Shown here: positions 51,846-63,934 of the stretch, piece by piece
How the letters are laid out: every line of letters begins with the position of its first letter
Position numbering within the stretch: the stretch's first letter is position 1
Source of the DNA: Lytechinus pictus
Lineage: Eukaryota
DNA length: 64,000 nt
NCBI RefSeq assembly: GCF_037042905.1
Contig: NC_087250.1
Span: 27,964,001-28,028,000 of the forward strand
Direction: 5' to 3'
Translations under genes and position numbers: made by a program
Notes under the pieces: model-generated
The model's database searches: none
What the model saw: the letters and a program-made list of their open reading frames with translations, nothing else
What the model was told of the DNA's origin: nothing

Positions 51846-52630
51846 TTTTTTCATCCTCCTCTTCTTTTTTTTTTCTCGCCTTCCCCCTCTTTCCCATTTT
51901 CTTCACCCTTTCCCTTTCTTTTTCTTCTCTTCTTTCTTCCCTCTTCCCCTCTCTCCTTTTCCCCTCTTCCTCTCTCTTTTCCCCCTCTTCCTCTTTTTTC
52001 TTCCCCCTCCACCTTCCATTTTCTTCTCTTCCTTCCCCCTCTTTCTTTTTCTTTTCCCTCTTCTCCCCTTCTTTCCCCTCTTCTTTCTTCTTTTCTTTCC
52101 CCTCTCTTTTCTTATTTCCTCCCTCTTCTTCTCTCTCCTTTTTCTCCTTTTCCCCTCTTCCCCTCTTTTTTCTCTCCCCTCTCCCTCCCCTCCATTTTCT
52201 TATTTTCGATTTTTTCTCCTTTTCTTTCCTCTTTTTCCTCTCTCTCTCTTTCTTCTCTTCCTTTCCCTCTTCCCCTCTCTCTCTTTTGTTCTCCTTTTCC
52301 TTTCTCTCTCTTTCTTTCCCCTTTTCCTTCACTCCCTTCCCCCTCTTCCCATTTATTCTTTTCTTTCCCCCATTCCTCTCTCTTTTTTCTCCTCTTCTTC
52401 CTTCCCCCTCTTCCTCTCTCTTTCCCACTCTTCTTTTTCCCTTTCTCTACTCTTCTTTCCTCCTTCTTCCATTCTTTTTTTTTCTCCTTTTCCTTTCCCC
52501 CTCTCTCCTTTCCTCTTTTCTTTTCCCCTTTTCCTCTCTCTTTTTTCTTCCCGTCTTCCTTTCTTCTTTTTCTTTTTTCTTTTCCATCTTCCCCTCTTTT
52601 TTCTCTTTCTTTCCCTCTCTTCCTTTTTTT
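51846..52630. repeat. Polypyrimidine/polypurine low-complexity tract (~780 bp)
   Basis: Almost exclusively C/T on the plus strand. Confidence 0.95.
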
Positions 52631-52675
52631 AGCCGAAGGGGGAGGGGGCGAGAGGGATCCGCGCATGTGTATGAT

Positions 52676-52902
52676 TAGTCTAGTTCTAGACGATATTAAA
52701 CGAATTTATTTGCACCGATATATACGTTCTATTCCGTGCGTACGCCCAGCCGAGTGTGCGCGCAAAACCGAGAACCTGTACTCCGAGGCGGAGTACAGGT
52801 TCTCGGTTTTGCGCGCACACTCGGCTGGCCGGGCGTACGCACGGAATAGAACGTATATATCGGTGCAAATAAATTCGTTTAATATCGTCTAGAACTAGAC
52901 TA
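52676..52902. mobile_element. 227-bp near-perfect palindromic MITE, TAG termini, 9-bp TSD (AcademH-like signature)
   Basis: TAGTCTAGTTCTAGACG...CGTCTAGAACTAGACTA. TSD GTGTATGAT at 52667-52675 and 52903-52911. Confidence 0.9.
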
Positions 52903-53868
52903 GTGTATGATACCAGCATGGATCCCATGAAGCTTATCCATTTTTTAGATCAAAATGACAAAGGTCAAGGTCACAGTGACATGTTTTCATATTACCCTTC
53001 TGCAGTCCTTGTAAACGCGATAACTCCAGGCTGCGTTTATGCGACCTCAAGCCAGAATCATGATTTGAATCATGATTTGAATCATGATTCAAAACACAAA
53101 CATGAATCACAATATCACAGAATCAGCGTTTAGACGACCTTCATTCCAATGCTGTTTCTCCTCAGATTTGGGCCAATCCAGTGCGCATCATTAGTGCGCA
53201 GTTTGACAGAGGAAGTTTTTCGCACGTGTTTCGGCTCTCGAAAATTATTTTGCTTCCATCAGAATTCAGTCTATACCTCATTTTGTTTACTTCTATCATA
53301 AAGGGTCCATATGCTTCTATTCATCTTGTTAGTTTATCCAAAATGGTGTTCGGAAGTGAATTTCAGCGTAGATCCAATTTGATATTGATACTGTATACTC
53401 AACAACAACTGAGATCATTGTCTGTCCAGTTAATTCATTTACTAGAACTTGAAGTTGAAGACATGACCAAAAAATGAAAAGTAGTGGACGATGCGATGAC
53501 CAACACAGAACTTGAACATGACAAGAAATGAATTCAGGCTCATATATGGATCCCAGGAATTCTATCGATTTTGAGGTCAGAAGGTCAAAGGTGAACTCGC
53601 CATCTTCCACTTTTCTCGCTTGAATAATAGCATGTACTGTACCCTTTAGACACACTACACTCCACCTTATGGAGGATTGTAGGAAACAGTAGATGAAGAA
53701 GCAAAGAAGAAGAAGAAGTGGACGATGAAGAAGAGAATTTTAAGAAGAAGAATAAAAAAAAACTACAATGATGAAGAAGAAGTTTAAAGAAGAAGAGGAA
53801 GAGGGAGACGATGATGAAGACGGAGAAAAAGAATAAAAAAAATCAAGCAGAAATAACATTAACCTTAC

Positions 53869-53971
53869 CTTGGAGTCCGTTGAACACAATGAAGAGATAC
53901 CAAAGAGCGGTAATCCCAGATAAAGGAATAATGAATGCAGTGATCCATGTAAACCCCATCAAAGTTGATAC
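53869..53971 (-). CDS. 7TM receptor exon (TM6 to start of TM7)
   Basis: tag|VSTLMGFTWITAFIIPLSGITALWYLFIVFNGLQ-G|gtaagg, with the family-B MGxTW motif. Phase 0 in, phase 1 out. Confidence 0.9.
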
Positions 53972-54236
53972 CTAGGTATCAAATAGGTAATACAAATTCA
54001 TACTCCATAGACAGATCTACATATTCCAGCTTAATTTATCCTCTGATCAGCTCAGAGTCGTATCAATAGAGACTTAATTGGAGTCTATGAAGTGATTAAT
54101 GTTTTATAATTGATCCAAGCAGGAGGAAAAAAAGTTTCCTGCTTTAGAACTAAATTTCAAAGAATGTTATTATTTTGCACGTTGTGAGAAATTCTTAATT
54201 TCACTTGATTTTTTTTCCATGTAAATATGTACACAG

Positions 54237-54831
54237 CCACGGGGGGGGGGGGGGGGGGTGCGTGGAGAGGGGGGGGGGTGGCACCTCCATTGACGAGTGG
54301 ATACCATGCGCGACCATGTGGTCTCAAAAAGCACCCTAAAAACGTATTTCCTTATTCTGAAAATTCACCCCTCAACAAGTATTGGCGTGTGAAACCCTAC
54401 CCTTACAAAGTATTGGAAACAAAACGGTACCCTTGGCAAGTATTCCCTGAATTGACACCCTATACAAGTACAGTGATATTTTATATGTTATATCACGGAC
54501 GTCGGTCACTGGTTTTATCTTTACTTACATTGGGTTCATTATACGACCCCACCTCGCGCAAATCGGACTCTAAACACGTAATGTTTGGGCAAAAAGTACA
54601 TCCTTTTTAAAACTTTTAGTCTTAAATTTTATACCCCCTCAAATTTGACCCTAAACACGTAATGCTTTCCTAACGAAATAGATACCCTTTTTTTCTTTAT
54701 TTTAGCGTTTTTGACACCCATATTACGTTACGTACGTAACGTGCCTATCTTGAAAAAAACATTCATTTTACGTGTTTTTTGGCCGCGCATGGTATCCACT
54801 CGTCAATGTAAGTGCCCCCCCCCCCGCCGGG
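54237..54831. mobile_element. MITE (same family as 44137-44800, opposite orientation), 8-bp TSD
   Basis: Same TIR core. Flanks gtacacag / gtagacag. Confidence 0.8.
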
Positions 54832-55090
54832 GTAGACAGTCGTGTGGACATACATGTGGTATTCGGTATGATATGTTAAACCGATTTTACATGTACTTCA
54901 ATTACATGGGTGACTTGAACAGCCAAATGTAAACAATCAGGTATGTCTTTCCTTTGACATTCCCTATCTATTTTCAAATATTCTTGGGCAGAAATGGAGA
55001 CGCCTGTGAGTTTCTAACTGAGTTTTTTTGTAAAGTGTACAAAAGTTATCAGGGCCTGATTAAGCATGCCAAGATATACGTTATGCGTAC

Positions 55091-57591
55091 CTTGATATAA
55101 ATCTTCAGTAGGTTAAATCTCTCCTGGAAGCTTGGTCGCATGTTTTTCCTCCCGACTTTCCTAGCATTCTGATGTCCCTTCCAGATACCAAGGGCGGTGT
55201 GAAAGAAGAAGATCAAATTAATTGCCAGAAGTATTGCCATTGGGATACCGAATGCCATGAACCTCATGAAATCATCACCAATCCAACAAAGACCACCATA
55301 TGAATAATCCAGTACTTCCGAATGGGTGATAGCGTCAATGCAGAGACAAGGGATGACCACACAAAATGACACACCCGGGATGTACACTAGGTACCTAATG
55401 AGTGACTTTAGACTCGTCTGCGCAAAGTTGAAGCTCCTGTTGTAACCAAACGTGTGGTGTAAATCGAAGGCAAGGGAATTGGTAGTGGCGAATACAGCTA
55501 ACCAGCAAAAATGGGTAGTTGCAGAGACAATCTTACAGAGGATAGGAAAGGGGTACGCATATGAACCAACAACTGTCAAAATTTGAGCAAGGAACAGGAA
55601 CACACAAAGGAACATCATGAGTTTGTTATTGGTCAATTTCCGAAGAGATGGAAACATGATGTGTGTGGAGAGGGTCACTACCAAGGAAATGAGGGAGACA
55701 GTCACGCAAACAGTACTTAGAATGCTCTGAGAGTCAGAGTACTGGAGAAACTCCACGGAAGAGTTGATATTTATAACACCGCTGTTCTCTGATGAAAATG
55801 AACACACTTGAATGCTTCCAGTTTTACTTATCCCAAATTCAGATTCATTGAATTGCATGCCAGACACCAAATGGACCAGGATTGTTTGATTCTCAATATG
55901 AAGCTGACGGAATTCCGAAGCATTCATTGTGATAATTGGACAAGAAAGAGTCACTGATACTGGATCGGTAGCATTTTCAATGCGGTCAACACAAAACTGG
56001 ACTACTTCTCTTATAGAAACCGTCGCATTGACATGCGAACGTTGCAACTGCGCCGTTCTTCTCACTTCAACAGATTTATATTTCTGTGCTGCATGATGTC
56101 CTCTGAATATCAGATGAGTTTTTTTATTCAAGGTGACCTCGGAGACATCTTGGCCGTATTTCACATCCATCCATCCAAATTGACAAGGTATATCTTCATC
56201 ACTGCAATACAGCTGGAACTGCAATACCGACGCTCCACATAAATGACCTCTTGAGGAAGTATTAATTATTTTAACCAAGGTGGAATATGACATATCGACT
56301 TGCACCTCAACCGTCAGCTTTGGATTCACATCCTGTGCGATACACTGATCCACATCAGGGTAAACACGGACTAAAGAAACGTCATCCAAGGATATCCCAA
56401 GGAATTCTGTGAGGCACTTCATCAAACCTTGATTTTCTTGAAATAATGCACATTCTCTGATTGAATTGTTCAAGCCACCAAATTCAATTCCAACACGATT
56501 TCCATTACACCCGACAGCCCAGGTACACTCACCGTCAAGAAGAGACAAGCTGTTCCTGCACGAAAGAGAACGACATATCCCCGACAGGATGTCAAAGACA
56601 GCTCCTTCTTCGCATTCCACTGTTTTCTGCTGGACAAAATTCTCATCAACTTTGAAATGAATACCGTCATTACCTTTAAAATCTACCAAGAGTGAGATTG
56701 GGAACCCTATAGGTGTCGTCCCCTCCCCGCGGATATAATGGAAACAAGAAGTGAACTCTGAATAGTGACGATCTGGAAGATTACACTTGAGACAGTATTC
56801 ATTGAAAAAATATGGCATTTTCCGGGAAAGTGTCAACGGTGCCCGCAACCCTAAACCCACACAAGCATCAGCAATCGCATCATCTGCAAAATTTTCTGGA
56901 CAACTTCTGACTTCGTTGAAGCATTCTCGATATGCAGGGGTACGCCTGAACGTAGATTTATCATCGAATGTATAAGTGCACACCCCTCTCCTGATTCTAT
57001 CCAGCATTTCATCAGTATCTGAAGGTGGAACAGAGCCATCACTGCAGTTGAAAAGAACAGGCCAAGATGTGAGGTTGGCAGATTGAAAACCATGGCAGAT
57101 GGCACAATAGACATTTCTGAAAGTCACCCTGCGCTCAAGAGACACTGGCACAATTGTCAGTAGGTCATCAGTGAAAGAAGCAGTGTCTTCACACCTTGGC
57201 TTGGTATCTGAACTATTCCACTTTGATGGGCAACGGGTGACAAACCAATAACTCGCAGTTTTTGCCTTAACGCATGAAACCATGTTGGGGCGAACCGAAT
57301 CAGGCACTTCCATGGTTTCCATGTTTTGATGATCAACATAGCCAGACATTCCGAAACCAAATCCAAATCCAAAGCCGAACCCTCCAGTGTCCTTGTTTTG
57401 GCACAGTGATTGGTAGTCCCAGCAACAATCTTCAAAATGCTCGCATGCGTTGTCGCAGCTGCAGGTGGAGAACCCGGCGACATAATTACAACCAAGATTC
57501 GAACATGAATGGTATTCGCTACAGATTCCGATCGTCATGTTTGTATTGTTGGCTTGAATGTATTCCATAGCACCTGATAACCACCTTTCAA
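55091..57591 (-). CDS. Large exon of a family-B/adhesion-like (Methuselah-like) GPCR: somatomedin-B-like domain, Cys-rich ectodomain, TM1-TM5
   Basis: 855-aa ORF with CSCDNACEHFEDCCWDYQSLC, TFRNVYCAICHG and five hydrophobic helices (CKIVSATTHFCWL, YGGLCWI, FGIPMAILLAINLIFF). Acceptor tttcag|TT at 57591, donor AAG|gtacgc at 55091. Confidence 0.93.
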
Positions 57592-58067
57592 CTGAAAAAA
57601 AAAAACAACATGACAAATCTGATTAAATATTGAGTTGCAGGTCAACATAGCATAATTTCCTAAAGAACATATATATCTTTGCCGGGTTCAACTGGTAATG
57701 TCTAACAATCCATTCATTACTCTTTTCAATGTGGACATAAAATTCATTTCAATAAAATCCGGTAGATATTCTAGTCATGAAAAAAATAAACAGAATATAA
57801 AGTTTAAATTGGAATATGTGCTGTGGTTCTGGTTGTACACTTCACCTTATAATAACAAACGCATTTGCTACATAGAAACCTAAAAGGGATTTTTCTTAAA
57901 GTTAAAACAAAGTGCAAGTGGCAGATACGTTAGAGTTTAAAGAAAAAATGTGAGAAATAATAAGAGCATTATGAAAATTTAAATATGAAAAAAAAAAACA
58001 TTGTGTTTAGATTAACCGTTTTCCATATTTCATATTGATCATGCTGGTAGTGTCATTGCAATACAAA

Positions 58068-61000
58068 CGCTAAGAAATAAAGGTTCAAAATTGAACCCCT
58101 AGAGGTTAATGCAATAGCAGCACCCCAAGGCTTCAACAATTTAACCCCTAGTTGGGGTTCAAAAATCGAATCCCTAATTGGGGTTTAAAATCTAAACATG
58201 TTTTCCCACCATCTGGGCTCAAAAACTGCGCCACGCGTGGTGCAATCATAAAGTACTCAGGGTTCATTTCAACATCCCTACGGTTCAAATTTGAACCCTT
58301 AAAGGTTTATTTTTGCAACTTTCAGGGTGCATTTTCCACCATATTAAACCAAAGAGTTCTTTTTGCGACAGCCACCGTAAATAACAAGACTGTCGATACT
58401 TCTTCACTTGCTGTTTCTCTATCGATTTTTGGGTGTTTCTTACCTTAGTTAGGGGTCGAACCCGTTTCGATGTATCTGCAGATAAGATTATTCCTGCTTT
58501 GTCAGCCAGTAGTGCTGATACCAGAAGAGGTTTCATAGCGATTTTGAGCCAATACTTTAAATAGTCTAGGCTTTCCCACCCTTACTGATTAATAAAACCG
58601 ATGTCTATGGACAATTTACGCAAAATTTGACAGAATAAAACTATATTTTGGTATGTATTTTCACTCTCCCATCATCTATGTTCCACATTAGAGCGAGATA
58701 TATTATTTTGAACCTTCTCCATATTTTTATTTTCAATTTTGAGTGACTGTCGCAAAGAGACCCTTCCCCTTTCATTGTAAATTTGTAAAAAAAAAAATAT
58801 ATATATAGAAGTGCCGATTTGATGCCTTGCCTTCCTTGGCGTAATCGGTTGACCCACGCCTTCTAGCCGCGTTGACATTAGTCTGTGTACGGTTACCTTC
58901 TTTACAAAGACTTCTAACTTGCATGTTTCGTTTAAATGGATTTACACAGCACATTAATTAGTATTGATCATTTGATAATTTGGCTTTATTTTCTTTCTAT
59001 AACCTTTGAATCAATTCACTTTCATAAAAGTTATGTCTGTAACATGTGAATATAATTATGATAATCACCTTTCTGTAGTTTTCTGTACAAGACTAATGAA
59101 GGTTCGTGATTTAACCTTACAAATTGAACCCCAGTCTATACAAGGTGAACCAGTATAGATATAATATTCAACCCTCGGGGCAAAATTGGACCTTAAACTG
59201 CACAGCCATGGAGTGTCTTTGGCCACGCACCAGGAAACACACGGACTGGTTTGATGAAAACTGTACTGAGATCAAGCACCTGCTAGAGAAAAAGCGTCGG
59301 GTCTATAAGTCTCATCTTAATGACCCAACGTAATTAGCTAATAAAGATACACTTAGGAGTGTGCTGAGCATCTTCAGGCAAAGTTGCGCCAAATGCAGGA
59401 TTCCTGGTTGAGTAAGAGAGCGGATGAGATTGAGGGCTTTGCAGACAGGAATGACATGAAAAACTTGTATGATGGCCTGAAGGAAGTCTATGGTCCCTCT
59501 ACCACAGGCTCATTGTCCCCCCTTCTCAGTGCTGATGGTTCTACTATAATCACAAACAAAGAGAAAATTATAGAAAGATGGGCAGAGCACTTCAACGGTG
59601 TACTGAACATGCCTTCAGTCGTAAAAAATGAGGCCATTGACAGGCTGCCTCAGGTCCCGGTCGATGAGACAATGGATGCCATACCAACCTTGGAGGACAC
59701 TCGGAAAGCAATTCACTCATTACCTCATTACCTAGTGGCAAAGCTCCTGGTTTGGACTCCGTTCCAGCTGAAATCTACAAAGAAGGTGTTATGGTCCTGT
59801 CTAAGAAACTCCACCAGTTGTTTCAACAAATTTGGCAACATGAGACAGTGCCTCAGAACTTCAAAGATGCCTCCATCATACATCTATACAAACGCAAAGG
59901 AAATAGCCAAGCTTGTGACAATCATCGTGGAATATCCCTGTTGTCCATCGCAGGCAAGATCCTTGCTAGAGTCCTACTCAATCGCCTCATTGTACATCTT
60001 GAACAAGGCCTCCTTCCTGAAAGCCAGTGTGGCTTCCGAAAAGCACGTGGCACTGTTGACATGGTGTTTGCTCCTAGACAGTTACAAGAGAAGTGTCAAG
60101 AACAGAATGCTGACCTCTACTCCACCTACGTCGATCTTACCAAGGCTTTCGACACTGTTAGCAGAGAGGGTCTTTGGAAAGTCATGGCAAAGTATGGTTG
60201 CCCCAGAAAGTTCATCGCCATCGTACGACAGCTCCATGATCGCATGCTGGCAAGAGTTCAGGACAACGGTGAGACTTCTGACTCATTTCATGTCTCAAAC
60301 GGAGTGAAACAAGGCTGTGTCCTTGCTCCCACCTTGTTCAGTCTCATGTTCCCAGTCATGCTGACTGATGCCTTCAGCAATACAAACATGGGCATTGGCA
60401 TCAGGTACAGGACTGATGGCTCTGTCTTCAACCTTAGGAGGCTTAAAGCAAAAACCAAAGTCTCAACTGACACTATCAATGACTTCCTGTTTGCTGATGA
60501 TTGTGCCCTCAATGCTTCCACAGAGGCTGACATGCAGCATAGTGTTGACAAGTTCTCTGAGGCCTGCAACAACTTCGGCCTTACAATCAGCACAAAGAAG
60601 ACTGAAATATTACATCAACCAGATCCAGGAAAGCCTTACGTTGAACCCAACATCACAATATGCGGACAACGTCTAAATGTGGTGGACAAGTTCACATACC
60701 TCGGCAGCACACTCTCAAGAAACGTTGTCATTGACGATGAAGTTAATGCCAGACTTGCTAAGGCAAGCGCTGCCTTTGGCAGACTATACAAGAACATTTG
60801 AAACAGGAAAGGAATCTCAACGACAACCAAGATCAAGGTGTACAGGGCCATGGTTTTTACCACATTGCTGTACGGCTGTGAAACATGGACAGTATATCGG
60901 CGCCATGCCAGGAAGTTGAACCATTTCCACACCACCTGTCTGAGAAAATTTTTTGGCATCAAGTGGCAAGACAGGATACCAGACACTGAGGTCCTCACTC

Positions 61001-61565
61001 GTGCGAACCTGCCCAGCATTTACACTGTTCTGATGCAGTCTCAGTTCCGGTGGGCAGGACATGTAGCTCACATGCTGGACGAACGTCTTCCAAAGAAACT
61101 TCTGTTTGGCGAGCTCCAGGAAGGAATACTCTCTCATGGAGGCCCAAATAAGCGCTTTAAACACACACTAAAAGAATCACTTAAGTCTTTTAACATCAAC
61201 CATGACACATGGGAACAGAAAGCCCAAGACAGAGGAGCATGGCGAGCAGCTGTACATAAGGGTGCTGAAGCATATGAGGCCAATAGGACCGTAGTGGCCG
61301 TAGCCCGCAGGCAGGCCAGGAAGGCAAGGACTGCCAACCCTGTAGCAGCCAATATTCCCTGTCCACACTGCCAGAGACTATTTAGGGCACAGATTTGCCT
61401 GACTGGCCATCTGCGGACCCATCAAGCTAATGATTAAACCCCAGGATGATTAGATGGTCCTCGTCGCATCGACGGACAAACAAGAAGAAGAATATTCAAC
61501 CCTCGTCGAGATAGGGGTAAAAAAGGGCAAAATTGGACCTTAAACTGCACCTTTAATTCTTAGTG
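58068..61565. mobile_element. Possible CACTA-like non-autonomous element hosting the RTE insertion
   Basis: C(G)CTAAGAAATAAAGGT at 58068 versus ACCTTTAATTCTTAGTG ending at 61565, with aattgaacccc subterminal motifs. No matching TSD. Confidence 0.4.
59204..61490 (+). mobile_element. RTE-clade (BovB-like) LINE, 5'-truncated, RT + C-terminal C2H2, (GAA)n tail
   Basis: NHRGISLLS, ESQCGFR, DLTKAFD, GVKQGCVLAP, FADD, LLYGCETW, CPHC..H..TH. Frameshift at ~59730 and a premature stop at 60799. TSD AATATTCAACCCTCG (59163-59177, 61491-61505). Confidence 0.95.
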
Positions 61566-61772
61566 TGCAGAGTAAAGACTCGAACTTTTTAGTCTGATAA
61601 TTTCTAGTGGTCCCATTTTCAATTGCTTCCTAGTGATCTCGATTTATTTTTCTCAATCAATATGGCTATTCACTTTTTCAACTTATATTTTGAAATGATT
61701 CCTGCAGTCAATATATGCCTTATACATATGCATTCCAACATGCAACAGCAATTACAGGTCAATTCTCTTAAA

Positions 61773-62372
61773 AGGTCAAGTCCATCTCAGAAAAATCTTG
61801 ATATGAATCAATAGAGAAAAATCAGTCAATCACAATGCTGAAAATTTCATCAAAATCGGATTTAAAATAAGAAAGTTATGACATTTCAAAATTTCGCTTA
61901 TTTTTAACAAAACAGTTATATGAACGAGCCAGTTACATCCAAATGAGAAAGTCGATGATGTCACTCACTCCCTTTTTTTTTTATTTATTGTTTGAATTAT
62001 ACAATATTTCAATTTTTACGAATTTGATGATTAGGACCTCCTTGCCTAAAGCACAAAATATTAAAATAATGAAATTCCACGTGTTCAGGGAGGAATGAAA
62101 CTTCATTTCACATGACAAGGACGACAAAATAAAAATATTTAATATTTCATATAACAAAATACAAAAGAAATAGTGACTGAGTGATGTCATCAGTTTCCTC
62201 ATTTGCATACCGACCGAGATGTGCATATAACTGTTTAGTGAAATGAAGCTAAACTTTAAAATGTCATAAATTTCTTATTTTACATCCGATTTTGATGAAA
62301 TTTTTAGTGTTATGCTTGTTGAATTTTTCTCTTTTTATTCAAATTAAGTTTTTGTTGGGGTAGACTTGTCCT
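61773..62372. mobile_element. TTAA-flanked (Kolobok-type) MITE
   Basis: AGGTCAAGTCCATCTC ... GGGGTAGACTTGTCCT. Paralog of 22740-23362. Confidence 0.8.
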
Positions 62373-62408
62373 TAAAAGGAAAATAATTTGACAATTAATT
62401 TGACTCAC

Positions 62409-62519
62409 CCTCACTGCAATTTACACCAGTGTATGATAAATAGCAAACACATTTATAGCCAGCATCATGATCATAGCAATCGCTATTTTCGCTGCATGGA
62501 TTCGATGCACAATTGATCC
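62409..62519 (-). CDS. EGF-like domain exon, probably of the same 7TM receptor
   Basis: tttacag|(x)INCASNPCSENSDCYDHDAGYKCVCYLSYTGVNCSE-G|gtgagt: six Cys, 111 nt, phase 1-1, and it splices in frame to the 57591 acceptor. Not in the ORF track. Confidence 0.85.
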
Positions 62520-62899
62520 CTGTAAAGACATTAAAATTGATTCTTATTCAACTACACTCGGGTTAAGACAATATGGATTGATATCAATCTGTATCGTAAC
62601 ACTTTTGATAACAGCTCTAGATCTGAAGTGTAGATGCCAAGTTAAAGGGGTCCTGGCAATATACAAACTTGTCCAAAAGCTACCCATCAAGCAAAATACG
62701 TAGTTTAGATAATGATAATACGTAATGATACATATAATTCATAAAGCGTCTTTTTTTTTTATTTTGATTAAATGATGAAGGCACTTAGAAAACAACAAAG
62801 CAAAAAGTAAGGATAAGTACAAAAAAATTCTTATGATAATAGAGCGAAATTTCTGTCTTGAAACCTATAGTACCTACTGAGTAACAAATGCAATTTTAA

Positions 62900-63105
62900 A
62901 AGTTGCTCTTACAGGATGGTGCAGAGGAATCTAATTTTTTGCTTGGGATGATCGCAAGGTGCGTACATGTTGATACTGGCATCTTAGGTACTTGTTTTAA
63001 TCTGGTGCGGGTCCAGGGATAATATGAATAACCAGAAGTTGAATTTTGAAAACTATGCGATCCTTTATGGCCAACCAATGGAGGTCTTTGAGAACAGCCT
63101 GATCT
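62900..63105 (-). mobile_element. Old L2-clade LINE fragment (ORF2 C-terminus)
   Basis: VLKDLHWLAIKDRIVFKIQLL...PAP...YQHVRTLRSS matches the LHWLP..RI.FK..AP.YL..LRSS pattern. Confidence 0.7.
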
Positions 63106-63315
63106 GTGGTAAGTTGATTCAATCTATTTCATGTAATGCTTAGTGATCTAAAAGTTTGTGTATCTTCTTTGAAACTCTTTGAATTCATTGTCTAGAAATC
63201 TCAATTTTATCAACAAACTTCACACCAAAAAGCATCTATACAAATTATATGTCATTTATGGCTAAGTGTGATTAAGGTATGATATAAAACATCAACACGC
63301 TGTATCATTTATTAA

Positions 63316-63934
63316 AGGGATGGTCCGGGCTAAAAATATTTATATCTTAATACATAGAGTAGAATTCATTTAGCAAAATGCCAAAAATTTCATCAAATCC
63401 GGACAACAAATAATAAAGTTATTGAAATTCAAAGTTGAGCAATATTTTGTGAAAACAGTCGTCATGTATATTCATTAGGTGGGCTGATGATGTCATATCT
63501 CCACTTTCCGTTTTCTTATGTTATTACATAAAGTCATATTTTTTCATTATTTCATACTTGTGTGAAAAGTATGTCTCCCTTATAATGAAATAAGCTGCAG
63601 CAATATAATATCTAATATTAATAATAATAAAATATAATAATACAAATATCTAACGCAATAAATCAGTTGTCAATCCAATTTTTCTAGTTCTTGGAGGAAA
63701 ACAATTGAATAGACCTAATTTCATATAATAAAATACAAAAGAACAAGTGGAGATGTGACATCATCAGCCCACCTAATGAATATTCATGATGACTGTTTAC
63801 ACAAAATATTGCTAAACTTTATAATTCAATAACTTTGTTATTTGTTATCCGATTTTGATGAAATTTTCGTCATTTGCTCAGTCAGTTCTACGCTATCTAT
63901 TAAATTATACATACTTTCAGCCTGGACCATCCCT
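63316..63934. mobile_element. TTAA-flanked (Kolobok-type) palindromic MITE
   Basis: TTAA|AGGGATGGTCCGGGCT ... AGCCTGGACCATCCCT|TTAA, with long inverted arms. Confidence 0.88.

Larger units (their letters stand above)
32660..52667 (-). mobile_element. ~20-kb hAT DNA transposon inflated by nested insertions
   Basis: TIRs CAGGCGCGGATCC (32660) and GGATCCGCGCATG (52655-52667). 8-bp TSD TGTACGAT / TGTATGAT. Encloses a hAT transposase pseudogene, and the flanks rejoin into one HINE. Confidence 0.85.

Noticed and set aside
51648..52892. 414-aa F/S/P/L ORF and antisense K/E/R/G ORFs
   Set aside because: Artefacts of a polypyrimidine tract that lacks stop codons.
58444..58565. Possible extra GPCR exon (ag|...AAG|gtaaga, minus strand)
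   Set aside because: Read in phase 1 it exits in phase 0, which is incompatible with the phase-1 acceptor at 57591, and it has no recognisable domain.
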